A DNA stretch of 64,000 bases, taken from Chiloscyllium plagiosum. Its lineage: Eukaryota. The first letter of the stretch is position 1. Every line of letters begins with the position of its first letter. The position numbers were made by a program, and so were the translations under genes. The notes below the pieces were generated by a model. It saw only the letters and a program-made list of their open reading frames with translations, was not told the origin of the DNA and did no database searches. Where the stretch lies: positions 55,771-119,770 of the forward strand of contig NC_057754.1 of NCBI RefSeq assembly GCF_004010195.1, read 5' to 3'. Below are positions 25,467 through 37,385 of the stretch, one piece after another.

Positions 25467-26940
25467 TTATAGAGTCATAGAGATGTACAGCATGGAAACA
25501 GACCCTTCCATCCAACTCATCCGTGTTGACCAGACATACTAACCTAACCAATTCTAACCAGATATCCTAATCTAATTCTAGACAGTCTGGAACTCCCTCA
25601 GCACTGACCCTACAACAGTGTGGCACTCCCTCAGCACTGACCCTACAACAGTGCAGCACTCCCTCAGCACTGATCCTCCAACAGTGTGGCATTCCCTCAA
25701 CACTGACCCTCCGACAGTGTGGCACTCCCTCAGCACTGACCCTCCGACAGTGTGGCACTTCCTCAGCATTGACCCTCCAACAGTGTGGCACTCTCTCAGC
25801 ACTGACCCATTTGCTGGCAGTTGACCCATATTCCTCTAAACATTCATATACCCATCCAGATGCCTTTTAAATGCTGTAATTGTACCAGCCTCCACCACTT
25901 CCTCTGGCAGTTCAATCTGTACACACACCACCCTCTGCATGAAAAAGTTGCCACTTAGGTCCCTTTTATATCTTTCCCCTCTCACCCTAAACTTATGCCC
26001 TCTAGGTCTGGACTCTGCCAACCCAGGGAAAAGACCTAGTCCATTTATCTTATCCATGCCCCTCATGATTTTATCAACATCTATAAGGTCACCCCTCAGC
26101 CTCCGACGCTCCAGGGAGGACAGCCTCAGCCTTTTCAACCCCTCCCTATAGCTCAAATCCTCCAACCCTGGCAACATCCTTGTAAAACTTTTCTGAACCC
26201 TTTCAAGTTTCACAATATCTTTCCGATAGGAAGGAGACCAGAATTGCACACACTATTCCAACAGAGGCCTAACCAATGTCCTGTACAGCCGCAATATGAC
26301 CCCCCAACTCCTGTACTTAATACTCTGACCAATAAAGGAAAGCATACCAAATGCCGCCTTCACTATCCTATCTAGCTGCGACTCCACTTTCAAGGAGCTA
26401 TGAACCTGCACTCTTTGTTCAGCAACAGTCCCCAGGACCTGACCATTAAGTGTACAAGTACTGCTCTGATTTGCTTTTCCAAAACGCAGCACCTCACATT
26501 TACCTAAATTAAACCCAATGTGCCACTCCTCAGCCCATTGGCCTGTCTGATCAAGATCCCGTTGTATGGTGAGTTAATCTTCTTCGCTGTCCACTACACC
26601 TCCAATTTTGGGGTCACCTGCAAGCTTACTAACTATACCTCTTATGTTCACATCCACTTCATTTATATAAATGATGAAAAGTAGTGGAGCCAGCACCAAT
26701 CCTTGTGGCACACCATTGGTCACAGGCCTCCAGTCTGAAAAGCAACTGTCCACCACTACCCTCTGTCTTCTACCTTTGAGTCAGTTCTGTATCCAAATGG
26801 CTAGTTCTCCGTATTCCATGAGATCTAACCTTGCTAACCAGTCTCTCAGGAGGAACCTTGTCAAACGCCTTGCTGATGTCCATATAGATCACGTCCATTG
26901 CCCTCATCAATCCTCTTTGTTACCTCTTTAAAAAACTCAG
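25467..26940 (-). mobile_element. CR1 LINE (RT through 3' tail), interrupted by a 33-bp array at 25581-25808
   Basis: GVPQGLVLAPLLF, KLAGDPKIGG, QFWSPSYRKD, RVVCVQIELPEE peptides. Confidence 0.9.
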
Positions 26941-27520
26941 CTGCAATGTTGGATGGTCAGCACTGAGGGCGTTCGGACTGTTGGGGGGAATGCAACTTGA
27001 TTAGGTTAGGATATCTGGTTGGCATGGACGAATAGGACCAAAGGGTCTGTTTCCATGCTGTACATCTCTGTGATTCTGAGTGCCACACTGTCGGAAGGTC
27101 AGTGCTGAGGGAACGCTGCACAGTTGGAAGGTCAGCATCAACGGGGCGCCACTCTGTCAGAGGGTCAGTGCTGAGGAAATGCTGCGTCATTGGAGGGTCT
27201 GTGCTGAGGGAGTGCTGCACTGTCCGAGGGTCAGTGCTGAGGGAGCGCTGCACTGTCCGAGGGTCAGTGCTGAGGGGGTGCTGCACTGTCCGAAGGTCAG
27301 TGCTGAGAGAGCACCACACTGTTGGAGTGTCAGTACTGAGGGAGCGTTGCACTGTCAGGGGGTCAGTGCTGATGGAGCATGCACCATTACAGGGTCAGTG
27401 TTGAGGTGCTGCCACAATGTCAGAGGGTCAGTACTGAGAGAGTGCCAAGCCATCGGAGGGTCAGTGCTGAGGGGGGACCACTCTGTCAGAGGGTCAATGC
27501 TGAGAGAGTGCCACACTGTG
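26941..27520 (+). repeat. 33-bp minisatellite array with a CR1 3' tail inserted at ~26990-27077
   Basis: Tandem units on both sides of the CR1 tail. Confidence 0.9.
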
Positions 27521-27827
27521 GATAAAGGAATGAGGGCAAGGAGAGGGGTAAATGGGGATGAGGACAGGACTGGGGTGAGGGATCTGAGGGGAGGGGATGG
27601 CAGCCAGCAGGCTGAGAGAGAAAACTAGGGGGTGAGGGGCTAGATTTTGGAACGGGTGTAAGAACTGAAATAGTTTGGGCACAAGGGACCGAGCTTAAAC
27701 CACACCTTAAAAAGTTTCGCGGGGCTTTTGGAAGACGAAGGCCGGACTAAACAATAAATAGGAAGTTTGTTCAGAGCCCAGTTTCCACCTCCAGCCGGTC
27801 CTACCCTGACCCTTCTGATCTACTTAC

Positions 27828-28230
27828 CCCTGGAGGTGAGGAGCTAAAGACGAGCTGCGTTATTTCAGCTGCGAACTGTTTGTTGCCCTGCACATCCCCT
27901 TTTGCTGGTGCCTGTGAAATGCGGCTCTTACCCCCTCGGTGACCCTGTTCCGGGGCAGCTCGGAGCCGCTCCCCCCCCCCCCCCCNNNNNNNNNNNNNNN
28001 NNNNNNNNNNNNNNNNNNNNNNNNNNNNNNNNNNNNNNNNNNNNNNNNNNNNNNNNNNNNNNNNNNNNNNNNNNNNNNNNNNNNNAAAAAAAACCCCGAA
28101 AGAGAAAAACAGATAAATACCCGGATCGGGGCTGGAATGACATCACCGGCAACCAATAGGCAGCTGCCACGTCACCGCCCCGAAACATGAAACACACACA
28201 TTGGCAACATTGGATTCGGAAAGCGCGCCA
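27828..28230 (-). promoter_or_regulatory. Putative promoter and non-coding first exon of the PPM1-like gene
   Basis: Consensus donor GG|GTAAGT (acttac 27822-27827). CpG-rich unique sequence with CCAAT/ATTGG boxes (about 28153, 28200, 28209), TGACATCA (28138-28145) and CACGTCAC (28168-28175) CRE/ATF-like sites. Spans the assembly gap. Confidence 0.6.
27986..28085. other. Assembly gap (100 N) flanked by poly-C and poly-A runs
   Basis: Seen directly in the sequence. Confidence 1.
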
Positions 28231-28259
28231 GGATGGAGAGGGATCCCTCCTGGAATTGA

Positions 28260-28390
28260 GTGATTTGGAGATGCCAGTGTTGGATTGGGGTGGACAAAGT
28301 TAAAAGTCACACAACACCAAGTTATAGTCCAATAGGTTTAATTGGAAGCACACTAGCTTTCGGAGCGTCGCTCCTTCATCAGGTGATAGT
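28260..28390 (-). mobile_element. Penelope terminal fragment with intact hammerhead motif (28354-28382)
   Basis: Minus strand reads CTGATGA AGGAGC GAC GCTCC GAAA GCTA. Confidence 0.75.
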
Positions 28391-28528
28391 GCTGGTACCT
28401 ATTGGAATCGAGAGGGATCCCAGTTGGATTCAAGAAGGTATGCTCAACGGGCTAGAAATGGATGTCCATTGGGATAGAGCGGGTTCCCACAGAGTTCAGT
28501 TCCTGTTTAGGATTCCTGATGGGATCAT

Positions 28529-28747
28529 GTGGGTGGCACAGTGGTTAGCACTGCTGCCTCACAGCGCCAGAGACCCAGGTTCAATTCCCACCCCAGGCGA
28601 CTGACTGTGTGGAGTTTGCACGTTCTCCCCGTGTCTGCATGGGTTTCCTCCGGGTGCTCCCGTTGGGTGGCGCTTCGGCGGGGCGGTGTGGACTTGTTGG
28701 GCCGAAGGGCCTGTTTCCACACTGTAAGTAATCTAATCTAATCTAAT
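28529..28747 (+). mobile_element. HE1-type tRNA-derived SINE (internally deleted)
   Basis: A box tggcacagtgg, B box ggttcaattcc, V-domain-like tgtggagtttgcacgttctccc, (aatct)n tail. Confidence 0.85.
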
Positions 28748-28769
28748 GTGGGATAACAAACCTGACTGC

Positions 28770-30845
28770 CCTGTCGACCTATCTTTTCCACCTGCTCCTG
28801 CCCCACTGAACGTATCTCTGAAGACCTTGACACTGTCCTGCCTCCTTGGTCCAGGATCATCCCACATACATTTGGGTCACCCATGCCTTCCACCTTCTTC
28901 ATGACTTTCGGTTCCCCGGTCCCAATGCCTCATCTTCACCATGGACATCCAGTCCCTGTACATGTCCTCCTGCCAGGACAAAGGCCTCCAATTCCTCCGT
29001 TTCTTCCTCTCCTGCCGACCCAACCAGTACCCCTCCACTGACATACTCATTCGATTGGCTGAACTGGTCCTCACCCTCAACAATTTCTCCATCAAATCCT
29101 TCAGACCAAAGGGGTAGTCATGGACACCCACATGGGCCCCAGCTATGCCTGTAGCTTTGTCGGCTGTGTGAAGCAGTCCATCTTCTGTAGCTACACCAGC
29201 ACCATTCCCCACGTTTTCCTCCACTACATCAATGACTGTATCGGCACCACCTCGAACTCCCATTGGGAAGCTGAACAGTTCATCAACTTTACAAACACCT
29301 TCCACCCTGACCTCAAGTTCACCTGGACCATCTCCGATCTCCTCTTCCTGGACCTCTCCATCTCCATTTCCAGCGACCGACTCAACATGGACATCTACTT
29401 CAAACCTACCAATTGCAACAGCTACCTGGACTACACCTCCTTCCACATCCCCCTCCTGCAAGAAATGCTATCCCTTACTCCAAATTCCTCTGCCTCTGCC
29501 ACATCTGCTCCCAGGAAGACCAATTCCACTCCAGAACATCCCAGATGGCCTCCTACTTCAAGGACCACAATTTCCCCTCCCATGTGGTCAACAATGCCCC
29601 TCAGCGCATCTCTTCCACTTCCTGTACCTCCACCCTTGAACTGCAACATTGATAGAACCTCCCTGGTCCTCACTTTCCACTCCACCCAACCTCTGGATAC
29701 AATGCATCATCCTCTGCCATTTCCGCCACCTACAGTCAGATACCACCACCAGAGATATATTTCCTGCCCCACCCCAATAGCATTCCACATAGACCATTCC
29801 CTCTGTGACTCCTTCGTTAGATCCAAACACCCCCACCAACCCTCCCTCCACTCCCTGCACCTTCCCTTGCCACCGCAAGAGGTATAAGATTTGTGCCCGC
29901 ACCTCCCCCTCACCTCCACCCAAGGCCAAAGAATCGTTCTACATCCGGCAGAGATTTCCCTGCACATCCAAACACCTCATCTACTGTGGAGAAAGTGAGG
30001 TCTGCAGATGCTGGAGATCAGAGATGGAAATGTGTTGCTGGAAAAGCGCAGCAGGTCAGGCAGCATCTAGGGAACAGGAGAATCGACGTTTCGGGCATTA
30101 GCCCTTCTTCAGGAAAATGATTTTCCTGAAGAAGGGCTAATGCCCGAAACGTCGATTCTCCTGTTCCCTAGATGCTGCCTGACCTGCTGCGCTTTTCCAG
30201 CAACACATTTCCACCTCATCTACTGTGTCCATTGCTCTTGATGTTGTCTCCTCTACATTGGGGAGACAGGACGCCAACTCACAGAATGTTTCAGGGAACA
30301 TCTCTGGGATACACGCACCAAACAACCACTCGGCCCTGTGGCCAACCACTTCAACTCCCCCTCTCACTCCGTCAAAGACATACAAGTCCTGGGACTCCTC
30401 CATAGTCAATCCTGGCCACCTGATGCCTGGAGGAAGAACACCTCATCTTCCACCTTGGGACCTTCCAACCAACATGAGATCAATGTTGATTTCACCAGTT
30501 TCCTCATCTCCCCTCCCTCCACTTATCCCAGATCCAACCCTCCAACTCGGCACCATCCTCTTAAACTGTCCTACCCATCCATCTTCCTTTCCACCTATCT
30601 GCTCTACATTTCACTCTGATCTATCACCATCACCTCACACCTTCATCTACCTATCACATTCCCACCCACCTTCCCCCTAGCCCCACCCCCTCCCATTGAG
30701 GCCCCCTGCCACATTCCTGATGAAGAGCTTATACTTGAAACATTGATTCTCCTGCTCCTCGCATGCTGCCTGATTGGCTGTGCTTTTCCAGCGCCACACG
30801 TTTTGACTCTGATCTCCAGCATCTGCAGTCATCACTTTCTCCCAG
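28770..30845 (+). mobile_element. Penelope-like retroelement (degenerate RT, GIY-YIG endonuclease, 3' terminus)
   Basis: HMGPSYACSFVG, HYINDCIG, FLDLSISI, PVANHFNSPSHS motifs; frameshifted. Terminal degenerate hammerhead at 30717-30744. Confidence 0.88.
29989..30213. mobile_element. Perfect 94-bp-arm palindrome inserted in the Penelope element
   Basis: Arms 30025-30118 and 30120-30213, 1-nt loop; 16-bp duplication CACCTCATCTACTGTG (29973-29988, 30212-30227). Confidence 0.9.
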
Positions 30846-32034
30846 GATCATGTAGGAGCTGGTTGCTTTTTGAGAGACATGCTTGTGATATTATCATTGC
30901 TTATAATCTGCCAGTCTAAACAACTCATCCTTGTCTTCCTTAAGATACCTGACAGTCTATTAGAAGCATGACGTTTAGTTGGAAACTAATTGCTTAATAT
31001 TACCACTGATACTTGAGGAATGTAATATTAGTACATAACAATTTGTGGTCATAAATGTGTGCTAGAGTCTTCCATACCTTGACAACAATTTCTTATGTTA
31101 CTGGAGGTAACACAATATTGCCAGATGGTAAAACAGCCAACAGCAGTAAAGGTCTGGATTGTGACCTGGCTGGGTTTTTTTAATGGGATCAAATAGGACA
31201 CAAGATCGCAGGGGAGTGGATGGTAGAGGGTGGTCAGGAATGTGGAATTTGAAACACAAACAGATCAGCTGTGATTATACTAAGTTGATGGAACAGTCTG
31301 AATGGTTTATTTTTACTCCTATTCTTTACATGGGTCCAGGATCATGTGGGATCATGCACTACATGTGCATTGGGGTCCTACAATATCCAAACAGGATTTC
31401 CAATGTGATGATGAGGATTCCAAGATTGTACTAGATCAGGGGTCACATGGAAATTAGGATGCAGGCAGACTTCACTGGGATCACCTGGTATCTCGGATCA
31501 CAGAGAACTTGGGATTGGTTGGTTTGCAGACAAGATTCCAAATAGCATCACTCAGGACAAGGGATTATGCAAATCTAGACACAATTTTGTATGGGATTGC
31601 TCAGGATCTTGGGTGACAAGGGATTTGAAATTATTTGGGATTCAGACAAAATTCCAAATGGGATTGCTCAGCATATGAAATTGCATGGAGATCTAGATTA
31701 TTTAGGATCAGGGCCAGATTCTAAGTTAAATCCCTTAAAATCTATGGTATGAAGGCAGAATTCCAAATGGGATTCACTGGAATATAGGATTTATTGAAAC
31801 TTGAACAGGATTCCAAAACGGATAATTTGGGATCTGGGATCTTGCAGGGTCTGGCAAACAAACTGGACTGTGCTGCCTTACCCATATACCTTCACCTGCC
31901 ATTCTCACCAACCCAAAATACCTCAAAACACAATTCCCTCATCCCCATTATCCCAACAACCCAGCATAATCCTCACCTTACACCCAATCCCAGTCAGAAC
32001 CTCAAACCCTTAAACATTCTCCCTATCTCTCACC

Positions 32035-32768
32035 TAAGGTCCTCGGGAGTGTTGCTGAATAAAGAGACCTTGGAGTGCAGGTTCATTGCTCTGTGAAAAT
32101 GGAGTTGCAGGTAGATAGGATAGTGAAGAAGGCATTTGCTATGCTTTCCTTTATTGGTCAGAGTATTGAGTACAGGAGTTGGGAGGTCATGTTGCGGCTG
32201 TACAGGACATTGTTAGGCCACTGTTGGAATATTGTGTGCAATTCTGGTCTCCTTCCTAACGGAAAGATGTTGTGAAACTTGAAAGGGTTCAGAAAAGATT
32301 TACAAGGATGTTGCCAGGGTTGGAGGGTTTAAGCTATAGGGAGAGGTTGAACAGGCTGGGGCTGTTTTCCCTGGAGTGTCGGAGGCTGAGGGGTGACCTT
32401 ATAGAGGTTTACAAAATCATGAGGGGCATGGATAAGATAAATAGACAAAGTCTTTTCCCTGGGGTCGGGGAGTCCAGAAATAGAGGGCATAGGTTTAGGG
32501 TGAGAGGGGAAAGATATAAAAGAGACCTAAGAGGCAACTTTTTCAATCAGAGGGTAGTACGTGTATGGAATGAGCTGTCAGAGGAAGTGGTGGAGGCTGG
32601 TACAATTGCAACATTTAAGAGGCATTTGGATGGGTATATGAATAGGAAGGGTTTGGAGGGATATGGGCTGGGTGCTGGCAGGTGGGACTAGATTGGGTTG
32701 GGATATCTGGTCAGCATGGATGGGTTGGACTGAAGGGTCTGTTTCCATGCTGTACATCTCTATGACTC
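32035..32768 (+). mobile_element. CR1 LINE 3' fragment
   Basis: 139-aa RT C-terminal ORF and ctatgactc tail. Confidence 0.92.
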
Positions 32769-35700
32769 ACCCCCACATCCAACTCGAACATTCATTACTC
32801 TAACATCCCCAATCTTTCCAACCCAAAGTATGATCCCATTCCCACATTGACCGACTAGCATTTGGGGACCATTTGTACCTCTCAAGCTGATTGCAGAGCG
32901 GGGAGGTGGGTGCATGGAATAATCTTACAATCTCCTTCCTGTTCCTCTACCTGAGGGACAGCAAATTAATAGTCACAGTGAAACCAAAAACAAACAGAGA
33001 ATGGTGAAAGTGCTGCGTGGGTCTGGCAATGGCAAGGGAGACAGAGTTAATGTTTGAGGTCTATGACCTTTCCACAGGATTGGTGCTACCTTATTCAGCT
33101 TGGAATAATGCCTCCTAATCCTTCCCTAATCTACATAATTGAAACAAACTATCAACTGAGATACAGTCTATTCCTTTTATCATTCCATAAACCTTGATCA
33201 GATCTGAAGTGAATCATTCCAGCCCTCTTGATTTATCTTTGATAATGAGATGTTTTTAAACCAAGAATTAGTCTTATTTCAGTGCTCCTTTCACCTGTTC
33301 CAGATCCAGTATCACCCATGTCATGTACAGAAGCCAAAATCTGTACACAATATTTCAACGGAAGTTAAGCCCTTGTCAATCAGTCTACAACTGATGCAGA
33401 CAAACTTTCAGTGATAGAAAGCTTTAGGAACCATGTGGATCTGCACATTATAAACTGGAGGGATTGGGACTCCAAGTGGGTCACAGGTTCAGAGGCAGCA
33501 ATGACCTCTGACAAACTCTGACTGAATTAGAACAGCCTGTCTCTAAGAACTCGCTGCACCACTCTCTCAGCCCCCACTTCCTGTCCCTCTGAAGAGGAGT
33601 CTACTGAACTCAAACATTAACTTAGTTTCTCTCCCCACAGACACTGACAAACTTGCTGAGTTTCTCCAGCATTCTCTGTGTTTGTCTCTGCTCCCTGAAA
33701 TCGCACTAAGGGGTCAGGGCAATTTTCAAACTAGAAATGAGATCTTAGTGGGAAAACATTTGGGTAGCCCTGATATAGCTCCACAGTGAGATGCTGCAGA
33801 GTTGGGGCAGAGAATAGGGGAGGGAAGGAGTGGGAGTTGGGTGTCAGCAGAGAGTGGAGAACCTACTATCATGGTGGGTTTTGGGCAGCTCTGTGGAATA
33901 TTTGAACAGTACAGGGGCCGCATCATGGTTTTGATAGACAGTCCCAAGGCCATCACATGGGGTGAGTTGGGGGCTTTCCCAAAGCTCAAAATCCTTGTAC
34001 AGGGAGGAACTCACACTGGGTGGGAGTCTTCAGGCCAGATCGGACTCAGGATCAGTTTGGGACAGCCACCTGGATTAATAATGGGCAATACCTCACAGAG
34101 CGTGGTGAGTGTCTGGAACAGGCTGCCAGAGGTAGTGGTGGAAGCGAGCACAATTTTGTCATGTAAAACACATTTAAAAAGGTACATGGATGGGATAGGG
34201 ATGGAGGGAAATGGACCAAATGCAGTTGGACTAGTTTAAATTGTGAAAACTGGGCAGCATGGGTTAGTTGGGCTGAAGGGCCTGTTTTCATGCTGAGGAC
34301 CTCTATGACCTGAGGGAGTTGGGTGAAGAGAGAACCAGGCTTTGTGATCGCGGAGCAAATTATTGCAGATGGAGTCATAGAGATGTACAGCACAGAAACA
34401 GACCCTTCGGTCCAACCCGTCCATGCCAACCAGATATCCCAACCCAATCTAGTCCCACCTGCCAGCACCTGGCCCATATCTGCTGGAAACTGTATTGAAA
34501 ACAAAAATTGCTGGAGATCACAGTGGGTCGACAGCATCCATGAAGAGAAAACAAGCTAACATTTCAAGTCCAGATAGAGTCGAAATGTTAGCTTGCTTGC
34601 TCTCCATGGATGCTGCTTGACCCACTGTGATTTCCAGCATTTTTTTTTGTTTTCAGTTTGTGATCAAACACACACAGACAAATTAAATTCGCATTGGGGG
34701 AGGAGAGAAAAAACAAAGACAGGCAATTTCCAAACTTCAAAAAGGACCCTGAGTATTTAATCAGTAATGACGACATCCAGGAGCGCCTGTGTTATTGTGA
34801 AATATCCCAAGGAATAGGAACATATTTAGCCAATAGAGTAATTCTCAGCTGCACCCTTTGCTCCTACCATCTGGGGGGGGTCACTGATTTGGGGTGTCAA
34901 GCTTTGTGGTTGTCATCCACAAGCCCCAGGTAAATATCATGTCTCATAACTGCTGCCCTCTTCTGAGGAGCCCCTGAACTGTCACAGTATCAGCTTGAGC
35001 AGGCACAGGTTTAAGCTTTCACCTCTAACTCAGAAAGTCATGGCTTTGGGCCCCATTCCAAAATGTGAATGCATAACCCAGCCTTTATTAAAAAACACTT
35101 TGAAAAGTGCTAAATAAACACAAGCTTTTTCTTTCTACAAGCCTTATTACTGGTTGCTGTTGGAAGGTCTTGCCTTCCCACCACAGCCCACCCTCACCCC
35201 CATCCCCCCAGCTGAATCGGGCACCCCTCTGTTGAAAGTTCCACAAGGTGCACTCAATAGCGCTGAGTCCCTGTAGCATCCAGCTGGCACTCAGACAGCT
35301 TTATGTCCTCGATGTAAAGACAGCGAATAAATCAGCTTATTGCCAATTTGCTGAGTCTGTGCTGTGAATGCAATGTTTCACTGCATCACACTTAGTAATG
35401 TGCTACAGGCAGATAGAAGTCTCTAGAAGCTAGCTCTTCACCTCACTATCCACCCTACTCTTCATTTCAGTGTTTGCCTATGATATTCAGCCTTTATTCC
35501 TCTTTTCTCTCCCTCCCCTGCTTTATTCTCCTCATAAATCTGCTTGTACGTCTTTCATTTCTTTATCCACCATTTCTTCCAGTCACTTTCTTCCCCCCTC
35601 CTCAACCGCCTCCCCTATTTTCCCTGCTACTGCAGTGTTGAAAATGTTGTTCAGGAACGTCACTCATCTCCTCGCCCACCCCCATTTCTCTCCTCTTTTT

Positions 35701-35904
35701 GTGTTATGTGGTGGGTGTGAGCTGTAGGGTGATCACACATTTTAACCTGAAACAAACCATTTTGGCAGAGTTTATAAGAAGCAGCAGCAGCAGCAGCAGA
35801 GCTTTGCATTATTTCAGCTCAGTTTGATTTTGGATTATTATAATCAGCAAGGTTACAGACTTTTCAATCTTTAAACAGATTGCACAAAATCAAACTTTGA
35901 TTAT

Positions 35905-37385
35905 AAGATCATGATAAATAGGAGCAGGAGGTGGCCATTCAGCCCATCAATTCGCTAAGATCACAACTCATCTGTCGGTGATTTGGAGATGCCGGTGTTG
36001 GACTGGGGTGTACAAAGTTAAAAATCACACAACACCAGGTTATAGTCCAACAGGGTTAATTGGAAGCACACTAGCTTTCGGAGCGATGCTCCTTCATCAG
36101 GTGATTGTGGTTCAACTCCATTTTCCTGGCTGTATCCCATCACCCTTAACTCCCTTGTCAATCAAAAATATAATTCAGCCTTGAATATATTGAGTGACAT
36201 CAACTCCACTCTTCTCTGGGGGAGCGAATTCCATAGATTCCTCAGAGGAAGGCCCCTCCTCATCTTGACCTTAAGTATGAGACTCCCTTATTTTAAAAAC
36301 TCACTCTAGATTCCTCCACAGGCCCCCTCAGAATCTTCTGTGTTTCAATAAGATCACCCCTCATGCTTCCAGACTCCAAACAGGATGGTCCAATCTGTTC
36401 ATCATTTCCTTGCAAGGCATCCCACTCATTCCAGGAATCAGGAACTTTATCTCATGCTCCAAATAGAAGTACGTCCCCCCTGAAGTAAGGAGACCAGAAC
36501 TGTAGTGCTCCAGGTTTGGTTACACCAACACCCTGTATAGTTACAGCAAGACTTCCCTACTTTCATACTCCATTCCCCTTGCCTTAAAGGATAGCATTCC
36601 ACTTGCCTTCCCCATTACTTGCTGTTACCTTTGTGTGGACTTTGTGTGATTCACATACAAGGACAGCCAGAATTCTCCCTACTGCAGCCTATAGTTCCTC
36701 TTCATTTAAATACGTGCTGCTTTTCTATTCTTCCTGAAAAAAGTGGACAAGTTTGTTTAGCTATATAGTAACCCATCTGATAAATTTTTGCCCCTCAATT
36801 AAACTATCAATGTTTCTTCACTGATTCTTTGTATCCTCACAACTTGCTTACTATCCAACTGTGCATCAGAAGCAAATTTGGCTACAATGTAGTCAGTCCC
36901 CTCATCCAAGTCACTGATGTAGATTTAAATAGTTGAGGCCCCCGCATTGTGACATTGAGTCATAGAGGTGTACAGCATGGAAACAGATTCTTTGGTCCAA
37001 CCCGTCCATGTCGACCAGATATCCCAACCCAATCTAGTCCCACCTGCCAGTACCCGGCCCATATCCCTCCAAATCCTTTCTATTCATATACCCATCCAAA
37101 TGCCTCTTAAATGTTGCAATTGTACCAGCCTCCACCACATCCTCTGGCAGCTCATTCCATACACGTACCACCCTCTGTGTGAAAAAGTTTGTGACACTTC
37201 ACTAGTTACACGTTGCTAACTGAAAAAGACCCACTTACATTGACTGTTTCCTGTTAGTCAGCCAATCCTCAATCCATGCTGACATTTCACCTCCAACACC
37301 ACAAGTCTTTCTTGTGTGTGAAGACTTTTTATGTGGCACCTTATCAAATGCTGTTTGAAAATTTAAATTCAACACATCTACAGGT
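35905..37385 (-). mobile_element. Degenerate CR1 with nested Penelope terminus (35978-36110, hammerhead 36072-36100) and younger CR1 3' end (36957-37188)
   Basis: Similar to the other copies in this window. Confidence 0.75.

Noticed and set aside
27971..28093. ORFs spanning the poly-C/N/poly-A stretch
   Set aside because: Artefacts of the 100-N assembly gap.
28529..28600. tRNA gene
   Set aside because: The A/B boxes are the head of a SINE, followed by SINE body and tail.
35780..35800. (CAG)n tract after a TATA-like sequence
   Set aside because: Short microsatellite with no ORF or splice support.
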